This document shows positions 12,017 to 25,969 of a stretch of DNA of 64,000 nucleotides, piece after piece (position 1 is the first letter of the stretch; each line of letters begins with the position of its first letter). A program made the translations under genes and the position numbers. Source of the stretch: Ginglymostoma cirratum (taxonomy: Eukaryota); NCBI GenBank assembly GCA_024137785.1, contig JAHRHZ010000076.1, positions 15,141,873 through 15,205,872 on the forward strand, in the 5' to 3' direction. The notes under the pieces were generated by a model. That model was given only the letters and a program-made list of their open reading frames with translations. It did not search any database and had not been told where the DNA came from.

Positions 12017-13209
12017 GTGAGTATCGTAGGTATACAATGGAAATTGTGGGGAAGTTTCAACCTCTATAGGCTCATGGCTGTCAATAATCATTAATCGAAT
12101 GGATTGATAGGCAGTTAATTTACCACAGATATGTGTTCATTGGTGTGAAATGTACAATCGTGTTTAGGATATTGATGGTCTGATTAATTTCCACTTAGAT
12201 ATCCTGCATGCAAATCAACATTAATTGGTCATTCGTCAAAGTTTTTGCATAAATGACACCCACGATTCGATCAGGAAACATCAGTTGCCCAAGACACTGC
12301 AGAAACTGGGGATGTTATTCTGTCCCAAGTACTCTGATTTATATCATATTTTTAAAATAAATTCTCCAGAACCTGGACTCCCAACTTCTCCTCTTCCCCG
12401 CACAATTTATTTCCACCCACAAACTGACTCTGTATGTTGTAATACATGCTACAGTCTGTGGAACAAGTGAGAATGGCTCTGAATCCAGTGCCTAATGTAG
12501 TGCATTCCCTCCCTAAGCACCTGTTACATTAGACAGTTTAATCCTGCCTTAACATTTAGTGCAAGCCACTGAAACTCACCATCTAGAACCAAATTCCTCC
12601 CAAAGTCTTCCACCACTGACTAACTCAACTGTTAGAATTCAACTTCACGCCTCCAGATCTGCAAACTCCTAACCATCTTCCACTTGCTGCATCCACATTG
12701 GTAGAAGAAAGTTCCCCTTCCGTGTAAAGTTCTGTTGTTCCTGCATCACCAATAAAACCCTTGATCCCTGGCCTCCAGGAAATAATAATTTCTGAATTTT
12801 TTTTTCCAAGATTATGACCATCTTTACTTCTGCTTCTGACCCCACTCCCTGCTTTCCATCTGTCTTCTTTTAACCCATCTATTTCACGGAGCATTTTGAC
12901 CACTCATCAAGCAGTTCTCTTTGTTGTGGTTGGCTTGGCGAGCGAATCAACAACAGCATCCTCACCCCAAGCTACAAATCTACTTGAGAACCTTAGTTCA
13001 TTTTGTGTTTTCACTGATCATGTTTCTGTATAAATGATGACAGTTTTTATGTTAAAGATGCAAATTAAATAGAGGTTTTATCTGTTTTCCTAACGTATTA
13101 TATATCATATTCCTAAGTGCTTCTGAAATTGAAGCATTCTTGCATGGAATGGGGACCAGTCCTTCTGTAAGCCAGTCCTAAACAATTGAGCATTAGTGGT
13201 GCTGCAAGG

Positions 13210-13750
13210 TACAAAGAACAAAGAAAATTACAGTACAGGAACAGGCCCTTCGTCCCTCCAAGCCTGCACCGACACGCTGCCCGTCACAACTAAAATCCCC
13301 TACCCGACCGTATCTGTCTCTTCCCATCCTATTCATGTATTTGTCAAGATGCCCTTTAAAAGTCACTATAGTATCTGCTTCCACTCCCTCCGCTGGCAGC
13401 GAGTTCCAGGCACCCACCACCCTCTCTGCTTTTTAAAAAAAAAACTTGCCTTGTACATTACCTTTTAAACCTTGCCCCTCACACTACAAAACAATGGCCC
13501 CTGGTGACTGACCCTTCTACTCTGGGAAAAAGCTTTTGACTGTCCACTCTGCCCATGCTCTTCATAATCTTGTAGACCTCTATCAGGTCACCCCTCAACC
13601 TCTGTCATTGCAGTGAGAACAACCCACGTTTCTCCAACCTCCCCTTATAGCCAATGCCCTCCATGCCAAGTCACATCCTGGTAAATCTTTTCTGTACCCT
13701 CCCAAAGCCACCACATCCTTCTGGTAATGTGACAACCAGAACTAAACACA
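13210..13750 (-). mobile_element. CR1 LINE 3' end
   Basis: VVGAWNSLP...FKGHLDKYMN C-terminus and CR1 3' UTR. Confidence 0.8.
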
Positions 13751-13889
13751 GTTGCCCTTGTACTTGTCCTTCAGTGGCACAGGTGTCATCACTTTATCTT
13801 TGAACCAAGAGCCATGTTGGCTGGAAGCACGTGTAGAAAATCCAACCGTTATCATGCTTGTAAGAATTGTATTGGTTCACATGTTGAAA

Positions 13890-14266
13890 AAAAATTTCTC
13901 ACCTCAAGCCACACCCCCATCTCCTATCTACTAACATCATCCCGCCCCCTTGACCTGTCCGTCCTCCCTGAACTGACCTATCTCCTCCCTACCCCCCTAC
14001 CTACACTCACCTTTACTGGCTCCATCCCCGCCTCTTCGACTTGTCTGCCTCCTCTCCACCTATCCTCTCCTCTCTCTCCATCCTCTGTCTGCCTCCCCCT
14101 CTCCCTATTTATTTCAGAACCCTCTTCCCCTCCCCCATTTCTGATGAAGGGTTTAGGCCCGAAACGTCAAGTTTTCCTGCTCCTATGATGTTGCTTGACC
14201 TGCTGTGTTCATCCAGCCCCATGCTTGTTATCTCGGATTCTCCAGCATCTGCAGTACCTTTTATCT
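13890..14266 (+). mobile_element. Penelope-like terminal fragment with hammerhead core
   Basis: Near-identical to 1-250; core at 14141-14168. Confidence 0.75.
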
Positions 14267-15599
14267 TTGTGCCAAAGAATGTTGGTGAAGTTTTGCACCT
14301 TTTTTTTCACGAGCACTGCATCTTTTTTTCTAGTTTGACTAACGTCTGTATTTGTGCATGTTGCAGTAAATATCAACTACAACCTATTCATATTCCTGAG
14401 TAATGCTTACTAAATAGTATTTGTTACTCTGCTCAGAATATGCCTTCAAGTGCCATAATGTGATTCAAAAATTGAGTTTTGTCCTATATTGTGAGCAATT
14501 GCTGAGTTTTTCTCAAACGTGGACTTCTGCTTTCTGAACAGCCTTTTGGAGTGTGAATTCAGTTCTAACCAGTACGGAAGAGGTTGAAGTGACGTTGATT
14601 CTCAGAAGTACGTTTTGCTGAAGCGCAGAGCAGCTGTTAACCAGTGACTACCCTTCAGTATAGCCATGCTGATTGATATCTGTAGGTCGGCTGATCAGGG
14701 TTGATGTGACCATTTTATATTGAGGCTGTCGTGAATGCTGATGTGGTTTTTGTTTTTGGAAATAATACAATTTTGTCCCTAAACTAGACTGATGGTGTTA
14801 GGATGCATAAGTTATTGTGTGGCACATAGGTTAATGAGCTCATGGTTCAATAGAAGACCCCCTGTCTGGGGTCTGTGCCTGTTTCAGTTGCCAGTTCTTT
14901 GAACATGGTGCTCCTATTGTAGTGCACAGTCTCTCCACCACATCCTGTCCTGTTCAGTTATTTTCGTAGAGATGGGTTGAAACTTTTTTCTTTTGAGGGA
15001 TTGATTCTCTGCCACGGGAACATATTTCCCGAATCTCTAGAGCCAAGCCATGATCTTAAACCACAGTGAGTATTTCCTGCATAGTGTTAGTTTCGGCTGA
15101 GCTGTCTGGGTTAAGTTGTTGCAGGTGTTATATGTGGGAGTTTAACTGTTTTCAGCCACAGAACAACCACCACTTCACATATCTTGGGCTGTCTCCTTCA
15201 GAATCTGCTATATAAACTTAAACTTTTTCTAAAAAAGTTTAGCTTTGAGGAACCAAAAGATCTAATTGCATAGGCTAGCTGTAACTGAAAGGTTGGCCAC
15301 TGCAACACTTAAATACTCTGTGTAAATATTTGAATGTTTTAATTTTTCTGCTGTGCTGTGCAACAAAATAAGTTAATCTCTTGAAGACTTGCCAGGGGAC
15401 AGTAAGACAACAGTTGATGCAACCTATACAATTATGGTGTGTCCACATTCTCAGGAAAGATGTTGAGACAATGGATGGCTGCAGGACAGATTCACTAGAG
15501 ACTACTGCAAACTGCAAGGTGTTAGAAATATGAAAAAAGATCTAAATTCAAACTGTTTTTGTTGAACCTAAGATTGATGTAGCTGGTAGCATATGATGC

Positions 15600-16690
15600 A
15601 GCACAAAAGGAAGCTATATGGCTAATTGAGCCTGTGCCAGCCCCTTGAAAGAGCTATCCAAATAGTGCTCCCACTTTACCCTTTCCATTACAGCCCTAAA
15701 TATATATATTTTTCAAATGTTTTTTCTAATTTCTTCTTGAATATTACAGTTAAATCTGCATCCACCACCTTTTCAGGCAGTTCATTCTAGATCGCAGCAA
15801 CTTGCTGTGTTTTAAGTTTTAAAAATTCCCCATCTTACTTTTAAGACTATGTCCTATTTCCTGTATCAATTGGAAGCATCTCGTCTGGCCTCTCTCTAAA
15901 ATTGTATAACTTAGTGTGCATAATTTCTTGTTCTTCATACTGAAATATATCACTGCACATTAAATTTTACCTGTTATACATCTACCCATTTCACCAGTCT
16001 GAGTCATGAAATCTGTTTCCAACTTCCCTAATGTTTGCTACATTTCCAAGTTTCACATCATCAGCAAAACTTGAAGTTGTACTCTATATACGTGGGTCTA
16101 GGTCATCCTTGTATATTAACAAAAAAATCATTCTAATATTAGTCCCTTTGGGGATGCATATGTAATTCCTTGCCTCTAACAAACCACCATTCCTTGTTTT
16201 TGGTTGTTTTTTTTGTCTGTTAGCCAACTTTGTATCTATGGCTTCAGTATCAGTTTAAGCCTATGGACTTCAATTAGACTCATGGGATCATTGAGATGTA
16301 CAGGATGGAAGCAGACCCTTGGTCCAACTTGTCCATTCTGACCAGATATCCTAAATTAATCTACTCCCATTTGCCAGCATTTGGACCACATCCCTCTAAA
16401 CCTTTCCTATTCCTGTACCATCTAGATGCCTTTTAATTGTTTAATTGTACCAGCCTTCTCCACTTCCTCTGGCAGCTAATTCCATGCATGCATCGCCCGC
16501 TGCATGAAAAATTTGCCTCTGAGATCCCTTTTAAATCTTTCCCCTACTTTGGGGGGGAAAAGACCCTGGCTATTCACTCTGTCCATTGCCCCTCATGATT
16601 GTATTAACTTCTATAAAGTCACTCCTCAAACTCTGATGCTCCAGGGAAAATATCCCCAACCTATTCAGCCTCTCCCTATAGCTTTTTCTA
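15600..16690 (-). mobile_element. CR1 LINE 3' fragments
   Basis: Same 3' sequence as 36200-36460 and 48420-48900. Confidence 0.65.
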
Positions 16691-17546
16691 ATAACTCTCT
16701 TATTATCTATTTAGTTACCTCTGAAAGTCCATACACTCAATATAAATTGCACCATCCTCATCAACCCTGTCTAGTTCAAAAATCTTGATTAAATTGAGTT
16801 GCTAAAAGACATTAATTTCATTTGATTTCTGCTGTAGTTTCATTTTGTATATCTGTGGCTCTTTTCATTTAATTTTATATTAGCCTGTGTTTTCCAAATG
16901 GCACTTCATTTTTCTTTGACTAATGTCTTTCAGCACAGTTGCTGTTAATTTGACTGTCCTGGAGGTACCAGTTTATCTGTCTCCTTCCCAGAATTGAGGG
17001 TTAATTTTTTTTGAAACTTCTGGTGCTCTTTCACTGTTCCCGTATTCAAGGATATTTGGGAGATTATGCGTAGTGCCCCCACAATTTCCACCTCTGGTAA
17101 CCTAGGATTTGTTCTATATGTACCAGTTAAGTGTTGTCAAACTTTTTAACAACCTCATTATTGTACCCAATCCAACATTGCTACTACTGTCCCCACTGTT
17201 ACAACACTACAGCCATCGCCACTAGAGTAGAGGATGCAGCCAATGTACTCACCTCAACAATATCATTCACCCCCTACAAACTATCTTTTTGGTCCCAAAC
17301 TAAGTCATGTCCCTTTTGATTGCCCTTTTAAATTTTTTTTTTAGTTCCCTTGTTGCATTATCTGCAAATCTATTCACATACTTTTTGTCCCATCATTTCT
17401 TTCAGTTTTCCTCTGTACTTCCCATATTCACCTCGGTGCTGTGTTGAATTATGAACTGACATCCATCAAGTTTGTTTCTTTTGTTTTATTTAAATTTCTT
17501 AAAGTTGTATTTCTTTACCTAAAGAAGGGAGCTCTAACTCTGAGTG

Positions 17547-17758
17547 ACAAAAACAAAGATGCTGGAAAAGCTCAGCAGGTCTGGCAGCATCTGTGAAGGA
17601 GAAAACAGAGTTAATGTTTCGGGTCCGGTGACCCTTCCTCACTGGACCTGAAACGTTAACTCTGTTTTCTCCTTCACATGCTGCCAAATTTGCTGAGCTT
17701 TTTTTGTTTTTTAACTGATTTACAGCATCCACAGTTCTTTTTTGGTTTTTATTTAGTA
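17547..17758. mobile_element. Fold-back Penelope-derived short element, family 2
   Basis: Internal inverted repeat centred near 17635; 14-bp TSD TCTAACTC(T/C)GAGTG at 17533-17546 / 17759-17772. Confidence 0.75.
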
Positions 17759-18306
17759 TCTAACTCCGAGTGCCCTTTAATGGGAGCCTGTCCATGCTTA
17801 ACACAAAAGCAAAATTCTGCAGATGCTGGAAATCTGAAATAATAATGAAATGCTCTGCACATTAGGCGATATCATGAAGAGAAAGAGTATGATGATAAGG
17901 GCAAACTTGATAGCAGTAGATTGTTTCCAATTGTGAAGCATGTGAACAAGAGTCCATTGATAAAAGATTAAAGTAAGACATTTGGAAGGAGGAGAAATCC
18001 CTTAAGATTGTAAGACTGTGAAATCACTTTTGATTGAAACACAACCATGCCAACTTTTTAAAGCTTGAAAGAAAATAGGAGCAAGGCAAATATGGCGGAT
18101 TTGAATGTAAACACCTACAGAACTGGTTAAACAGAATGACGTGTTTCTGTGTTACAATGCTGTGTTTCATTCACTAATCACTTTCTATCCAGAAAAATAG
18201 TGAGTAGCACTGCCTGAAAATATACCTGCCTGCTTGTTGATATAGTTCACTTCCATTGTCTCTGAGGCACGGAAGTTGACTTTTATTGCTTCTGTTTAAT
18301 TTGTAG

Positions 18307-18347
18307 ATTCTGACGAGGAACACGATGCTGAGAATCCAAAACGTTAA
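18307..18347 (+). CDS. STARD3NL: STARD3NL last coding exon (exon 8)
   Basis: TTGTAG|(D)SDEEHDAENPKR*, phase-compatible with exon 7. Total CDS is 690 nt = 229 aa. There is no START domain, hence STARD3NL rather than STARD3. Confidence 0.85.
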
Positions 18348-19109
18348 CAGGTGTGGAAAATGGCAGAACTGTTGATTCCTGTTTGCTCATCAAGTCCAAG
18401 TTCTTTGAGTGAAATACTGACAGCTGCACAATTTCAAAAGACAGAAGCTAATGATAAGTGCGCTTTAGTTTGTTCTCTTTCCCTGGCACGTGCCTGCTCT
18501 GTTTGTTCTCCACAGAACAAACAGCGTTCTCCCTGACCTCTTCTAAGTGTTATACTTAGAAGCACGACCTCAGGGTTCCTGATACGGAACTTCATATTGC
18601 GTTTAAATGCAGATGGATTTTCCAGAACCAGCCTGTACCATTGGAATGGACTCCACCCAAACGAGGCTGGAACCTAGCAGACAATGAGTTTAAACTAGTA
18701 ATGAAGGGGAGGGGCTGAATGGAAATATGAGTAGAGATATATGGTTTGTAAATAAACAAAGGTGATGAGTGTAGAGGAGTAATCAAAAATTCTGCTTTAA
18801 ACACCACCTGTAAATGAAGAACTAAGATGTAAAATAGTTAAGGCAGAAGAGAAAAACAGAACATGAAAGCAGAAGGGCAGCTAGGCTGTGAAGTCTAATA
18901 AGTTCATAAAAACCTGTATAGTATAGTAAACAAATTGAGTGAATTGCAGGCACAAGTTTAACTTGAAGAGTCTGACGTGGTAGCGTAGTATTACAGAAAC
19001 ATGACTGCAAGACATAGGGGAGATAATAAGACCATAAGACATAGGAGCAGAAATTAGGCCATTCGGCCCATTGAGTCTGCTGTGCCATTCAATCATGGCT
19101 GATAAGATG

Positions 19110-22100
19110 GTAGAGATAATGTAAGTGGACCAGTAATCCAGACTTGGTTCAGCCAGTACGTAGTTCAGATTTAACTACAACAGCTGCTAGAATTTAAATT
19201 CATTTAATAAATCTGGAATTACAAACCTGTTGCATAATGATGACCATGAAAATATAGCCAATTATTGTAAAAGCCCATCCGGTTCACAAGTCCTTTTACA
19301 AAAATAAACCTGCCGTTGCCTGGTCTAGTCTGCATTTGACTCCAGACACACTGCAATATAGTTGAATCTTAAATGCATTTGAAATGGGCTAGCAGACCAG
19401 TGAGTTCTGCAAAGTCTGCCTTACTAATATCTGGGGACTTGTGCCAAAACTGGGAGATCTGCCCTACATACTAGTCAAACAACAACCTGACATTACAGAG
19501 TATGATTCAGCATGTACGACTCTCTCCCAGCCATGACCACGATAATCCCTGGGTATGTTCTGTCAGACAGACGCACCAGAGGTCGCGGCATAGTGGTATA
19601 TAATCAGGAGAGAGTCACCCTGACAGTCCTCAACATTGACTGTAGATCCTTCCCTGACATATCGTGGTACCAAGACAAACTTGGGTAAGGAATCTCCTGT
19701 TTTCCATCAATAACCATGTTGAACTCTGCTTAAAGGAAGCACTGAGGGTGGCAAAGGCAATGTAGTCTGGATGGAGATTTCGATGTCCATTACCAAGAGT
19801 GGTTGAGCAGCAGTGAGCTGGTTGAGTTGTAAATGACTGGGGCTAGTGGTAGGTGGTGAAGGAACCAACAAGTTGGGGAAAAAAAATACCTTATGTCACT
19901 CATACCAATCTGCCTACCACAGATGTAACTGTCTGTGATGGTATTGGTAAGAGAAACAATCTTTGTGAGGACGAAGCCCCATCTTCATGTTTGAGGACGC
20001 TCTCTGTCATGTGTGGCACTAGCACTATGCTAAATGGGATAGATTTCAAACAGATTTAGCAACTCAGGTTGCACATCCAGGAGATGATGTGGGCCATCAG
20101 AGGCAGCAGAAGTGTACAATAACATAGTCTGCCTGGCATATACTCCACTTTAGCATTACTGACAAACTAGTGGATCAATGCTGACAGAAAAAAGTGCTGG
20201 TGGGGAATGCCAGGCCCAAGACCGTGCATACCTAAACTTTCACTCTGATGACACTGCAACACATGCCATATTCAAGTGCCAAACAAGTGATGATTGAGGC
20301 TGAGTGATTTAACCAGCAACATTTCAGATCTAAGCTTTGCAGCCCTGCTATCTCTCCAGTCATCACGCTTGTGATGCTAAGGCATGCAAGGCCATTGGTC
20401 AAGTGCTGGAAAATGGAATTAGAATACTTAGGTGGTTGTTTTTGACTGGCACGAACACAATAGGCCAAAGGGCCTTTTCCCATGTGGTAGATCTCTATGA
20501 ATGGTAGTGAGCAATCAAGCAACTTGTTGGAGGAGGCATCACAAATGTTCCCATCCTCAATGACTGGTAACACTGTTGTTTGGAGTCATGTTCGGTACAA
20601 AGGCTGATGGATGTGGTTGTTGAAGGCCAATCGTGTCACCTCCAGGATATCATTACAAGTGTTTCTCTGGATAATGTGCTTTGCCCAACCATCTTCAGCT
20701 GCTTTATCAATCACCTTCCCACCATCATATGGTTTGAGTCAGATGCCCATGATAACTGCATAATTTTCAACACCCTTTGTGACAACCAAGGTACTGAACC
20801 AATCTATGTCCAAATGCAGCAAGACCTGGACAGTATCCAAGCTTGGGCTGATAAGTGACCAGTAACTTTTGCTTCTCCATGCTAGGCAATTACCATCTCC
20901 AAGATGAAAGGATCTAACCATTGCTACTTGACATTCAATAGTGTTACCATCACTGAATCCTCCACTATCATCATCCTAAGGTTACCATTGACCAGGATCC
21001 AAACTGGATGAGCAGTGTAGATCCTGTGGCTACAAGAGAAGGAAAGATGTTAAGAATCCTGGTGCTTGAATGGCATCACATCCACAAATATTCAATCCCT
21101 CCATCACTGATGCATAGCAGTAGAAGTGTGTATCATTTACAAGCTGCACTGCAGAAATTCACCAAGGTTTCTTAGACAGCTCCTTTCAAACCTATGATCA
21201 CTACCAAAGCAAAGGCCTAGGAAAACGGATGTATGAAAGCGCACAAGTTCTACAAATTCCTCCTCCAGCCACTCATCGTCTTGATTTGAAAATATTATCA
21301 ATGTTCCTTCACTGTCACTGGGTCAAGATTCTGGAATTCCCTCCCTAACAGCATTATAGATGTCAAATGGATTTCAGAGGTTTGAGAAGACAGTTCACTA
21401 CCAACACCATCTCAAATTCAGTTAAGTCGCACCAGCAAAACCCACAGAACATGAATGTTTTTTTTTTAAGAAAAACATCCTCCCTCGAGACTGACCTATA
21501 CCACACTCCCATGACCATCACACAGGATAATCTGGTTCATTGAAAAGTGCAGGAGGGCATGCTGAGAACAGCACAACTAATACTGAGGTGTCAATCTGTT
21601 AGAACTACAATGCAGAACTACTTTCATGCCAAAAAGTAGAAGCAGCATGCAAAACGAGGCCTAAGTGATCCCACAACCAGGGAGTTGGATCTAAACTCCT
21701 GCCAAGCCCAGCAAATCAGCTGAGAAGTGAAAACTGAAAGAACTGCGGATGCTGTAAATCAGGAACAAAAACAGAAGTTGCTGGAAAAGCTCAGCAGGTC
21801 TTGCAGCAGAGTTAACGTTTCGAGTCCGGTAACCCTCAGAACTGCAGTTCTGAGGAAGGGTCACCAGGCCTAAAACATTAACTCTGATTTTTTCCTCTCA
21901 GTTGCTGCTAGACCTGCTGAGCTTTTCCAGCAACTGGTGAGAAGTAACTTGCCCCTGACTCCCCAAAACCTATTCACCATCTACAAGGCACAAGTTTAGG
22001 AATGTGATGGAATAGCATTGGCCATGAGGAGAGAATTTCAAGACAAAACTCGATTGTTAACCCATCTACGACCTTAATCATTTTGCTCCCTCCACCACAG

Positions 22101-22610
22101 ATACAGTGACAGCAGTGTGTACTATCTACAACATGCACTGTAATAAGTCACTGTAGTAACATTTTCAATAGTGCCTGCAACCTCTTCCAGCTGGAGGTAC
22201 AAAGACAACATTTATTGGAATACTGCCACCCACAAGTTCCCGTCTAAACTTTGCAGCAGCCTGACTTGGAACTATATCTCTGCCTTTATTTTTTTCTTTT
22301 GCTGTGTCAAAATTCTGGAACTCCTTTCCTAACAGCACTGTGGATCAACGTTTCCCCCAATTACATCTTCTGCTACACAGATCTGTGAGGTCCGTGTGTG
22401 CCTCGGAAGCAAATGCATCACACTCCAATCTATTGCTCTGAGCATCAGTGCAGCCATGCAATTTAGAGGGATCACTGCTGTTGATGCATCTGCAACATGT
22501 GGACTGCAGTAGCTCAAAGTGACAAATCACCACCTTCTTCTCAGGAGCAGTCAGGGATGGGCAACAAAATGCCAGTGACAGCTGCAACCCATCAGTGAAT
22601 ATATTTCAAA
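19110..22610 (+). mobile_element. Degenerate CR1-group LINE pieces with nested family-2 fold-back element (21730-21935)
   Basis: RT-like remnants NVLCPTIFSCFINHLP and QMQQDLDSIQAWADK; repeated 3' UTR blocks. Confidence 0.65.
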
Positions 22611-24129
22611 GCAATGTCGCAACTGGATCTATATATACCAGGTTATCAGATCAACAGGAAAGGCAGAGAGAAGGAGAAGTCTTACTGATTAAGGATGAAA
22701 TCATTTTAGTAATGGGGGAGGATGTAACAAGAGGCAAATGGTGAAAATTTTACAGTGCAAACTAAAAATTAAGATTTATGACTATAGTGAGTGTTGTGCA
22801 TCAGCCCCCCAGCAGTATCTGTTCAGTAATTTGTATAAATGCTGGAATTAGACAAGATTTAACAAAGGCATATCAATTTTAATGTGGGGGCTAAAAATGA
22901 GTTTTCAAACATTGGCATAAGCAGTCTAACACATGTCAGAAGGGACAAAAGATTCAGTCATGGGATGACGGTGTCACTGACTAGGTCAGCATTTATTGCC
23001 CATCCCTAATGGCCTAGAAGGCAGTTAAGAGTCAACCATATTGCTGTCATTCTAGAGTCACGTATAGGCCAGACCAAGTAAGGATGGCAGTTTCCTTCCC
23101 TAAAGGATATTAGTGAACCAGATGGGTTTTTCCAACAATTGACAACGACATTAGACTGTCAATTCCAGATATTTATTGAATGTTCGAACCTGGGTGCCTA
23201 GAACTTTAGCTAGGTCTCTGGGTTAACAGTCCAGCAATAATGGTACTAGGCCAGCACATTAATAACCAAAGAGGTAAGCCACAATAAAACTAAAAGAAAA
23301 AGCATATAAACATTCAAAAGAGATCTGTTAGTTTTGTTTTATTCTCTCTGTTCCTGTGGAGAATCAGCCCATGATGCTGGGATCATCTCTTCAAATCAGC
23401 CTAGCTGCTGCACACCCATTACAATTATGTAATCTCTTGAAACTTCAGAACTATCTCCTAAACACAATAATTGTGTTGTACTCTTGTAGCTCTTGATAAA
23501 GAACAATGAATTTCCACGTGACAGTTTCACACTTGGTGATTAAACTGTTATACCAGTTTAATCTATCATAAAAGCTCCTGGCATTAATCCCTGACACTAA
23601 GGCAACCCTATATTCGGGTTGTACAAACTGCCATTACTTTTGTGGTCTACAACTGACTGGAAATATGTTTATCATATCCGTCAGGTTCAAATGAAAACCA
23701 AACAGAACTTCACACGATCTTAATTTTAAACAAATGTTGCAATAGTTTGTGTTTTTAAATTGACTCAACAACTACGATAAGTTGAAACCTTTTGTGAATT
23801 GAAGAGCTGTGTACCTTAAAAGCAGGAGCAAGCTGCTCAGCTCCTTATGCTTGTTCTGTCATTCAGCTAAATTACGATTTATTTGTTGACAAACTCGATA
23901 TATTCTGAATAAGTCTATTTCATTAATTTGAAATGATCCCAAATCCAGGCAGCAATGCTGGTGGACCGACAGGTTTAGTAAGTGGTTACCTGCATTCATT
24001 GAGAAACATTCCTGAGGCAGAACAGTGAACAGGATGACATGGACTACTTTTCAGCTGTCTTCCAAAACATGGGGTGATTTTCCCTTTGTTTGAAATTACA
24101 ACTCATACCAATTTACTTTTTATCAGAAT

Positions 24130-25520
24130 AAAGTAACTTTTATACTTTGATATTCATTAGAAGCGCTGTTAGTTACTTCTGAGGGTTCTTCCATTTATCG
24201 TGTACTCCATTGTCTTTAGTCCTCCCAAAATGCATTTTTCAGGATTAAGTTCAATTTGCCGTTGTTCTACCAATTTGACTAGCCGGTTTATACCGTACTG
24301 AGATCTAAGGCTTTCCTCCTCACTGTTTACCACATGATCATTTTTTGTGTCATCTGTGAACTATCTGAAGAGATCTCCCACATTCTAGATCATTAATGTA
24401 CACTACTAACAGCAGGAGACCGAGCACCAAACCCTGCGCTGCACCACTTTACACAAACTCCCAATCACAAAAATGACTTTTAACCATCCTGTACCTCCTT
24501 CCATTAATCTAGTTTTGGATCCAATTTGCCAAATTGCTGTGGATCTCATAGGCTGTTAATTTCTTTACAGTCTCCCATGCAAGATCTTGTCAGAAGCCTT
24601 ACCAAAGTCCAAGCAGTCAATATCCAGGCATTGCCCTCATCTATATTTATAGTTACTTCTCTCAAACATCAATCAAACCTGTCAGCCATGATATTCTCAT
24701 CACAAAGCCATGCTGATAGCCCTTGACTCTCCAACTGGAGATTAATTCTGGTCCTCAGAATTTTTTTCCAGAAGTTCTCCTATCACTGATGTTTGGACTC
24801 ACTGGCCTATAGATCCATTATTTAGCCCTACCTCTTCCCCTGACTGTTGGTACCATATTAGTCGTCTTTCAGTCCTCTGGGACTCTCCTGTCTCCAGAGA
24901 GGATTCAAAAATTCATGTCAGAGCCCCAGCAATTTACTTCCTTACTTCCCACAGCAGCCAGAAATTCATCTCATCCAGGCTTGGGGGCTTTTCCAATTTA
25001 AGATCACTGATGCTTCCCCTCCCAATTGTGATTTGCTCAAGTACTTCACTGTACTCTTCCAATATTTCTATATCTTCATCTTCCTTCTCTATTGTAAATA
25101 CAGTAAAGTGCTCATTTAAAACCTCACCTATAAATTCTGGCTGCTCCCACAGTTTACCACTTAAATCCCTAGTGGGTCCCATTCTTTGCTGGTTATTTTC
25201 TTGCCATAATGTACTCGTAAAATGCATTGGATTTTCCTATGTTTTATTTGCTTTATCATGCTCTTTCTTTGGTTTCTTAATAACCCCTTGCACGTCCTGT
25301 ACTGCTCTAGGGCATCTGCTGTTTTAAGCTTTCTTTATTTCCTTATCCAATCCTTTCCATTCCTCAATATCCAGGGTTCTTGAGACTGTTACCTTCCACT
25401 CCTCACCTTTTCCAGAAATGTATTGGCCCTGCACTTTCATTATTTCCTTTTTGAACAAGTCCTACTGCTCTGATGTAGATTTTGTTACTAATAGCTGGTT
25501 CCTGCCCATTTTGGCTAGAT
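24130..25520 (-). mobile_element. Old CR1 LINE
   Basis: IGEVLNEHFTVFTIEKE and SPG.D-like motifs of CR1 ORF2. Confidence 0.7.
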
Positions 25521-25969
25521 TCATGTTCTTCCTGAAGGCAACTCTCTTCCCACACACCACCCCCCCTCCCCCATCCAAAATAAAAGACTTCTGCAATCTT
25601 AATATCTATTGTATTTCTATCTTTCTTCAGTTCTTATGAAAGGTCATAAACCTGAAATGTTAACTCCACAAATGCTGCCTAATCTACTGAGTATTTCTGT
25701 TTTTATTTCACATTTCCGTTCTTCAAACTAGTTTGCTTTCTATTATGTTGCTATTACTTCTAACTATATTGTAATCTTGTCAGTACAAATTTTCAAGCAG
25801 TCCAATGACAACTAAAATTGTCTTATGCTTTGAGTTTATGTCCACATTTAAGCACAAACATCACCCATGTGCTTCTGACTGAATAGATGAGTGGTTGTTC
25901 ATCTGTGTTTTCAGCTGTTTGGATATTAGTTACAATTAATTTGACTTTTTTTCTCCACTTCACCCTTAG

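Noticed and set aside
15062-15068. Perfect RSS heptamer CACAGTG in STARD3NL intron 7
   Set aside because: No nonamer at 12 or 23 nt spacing.
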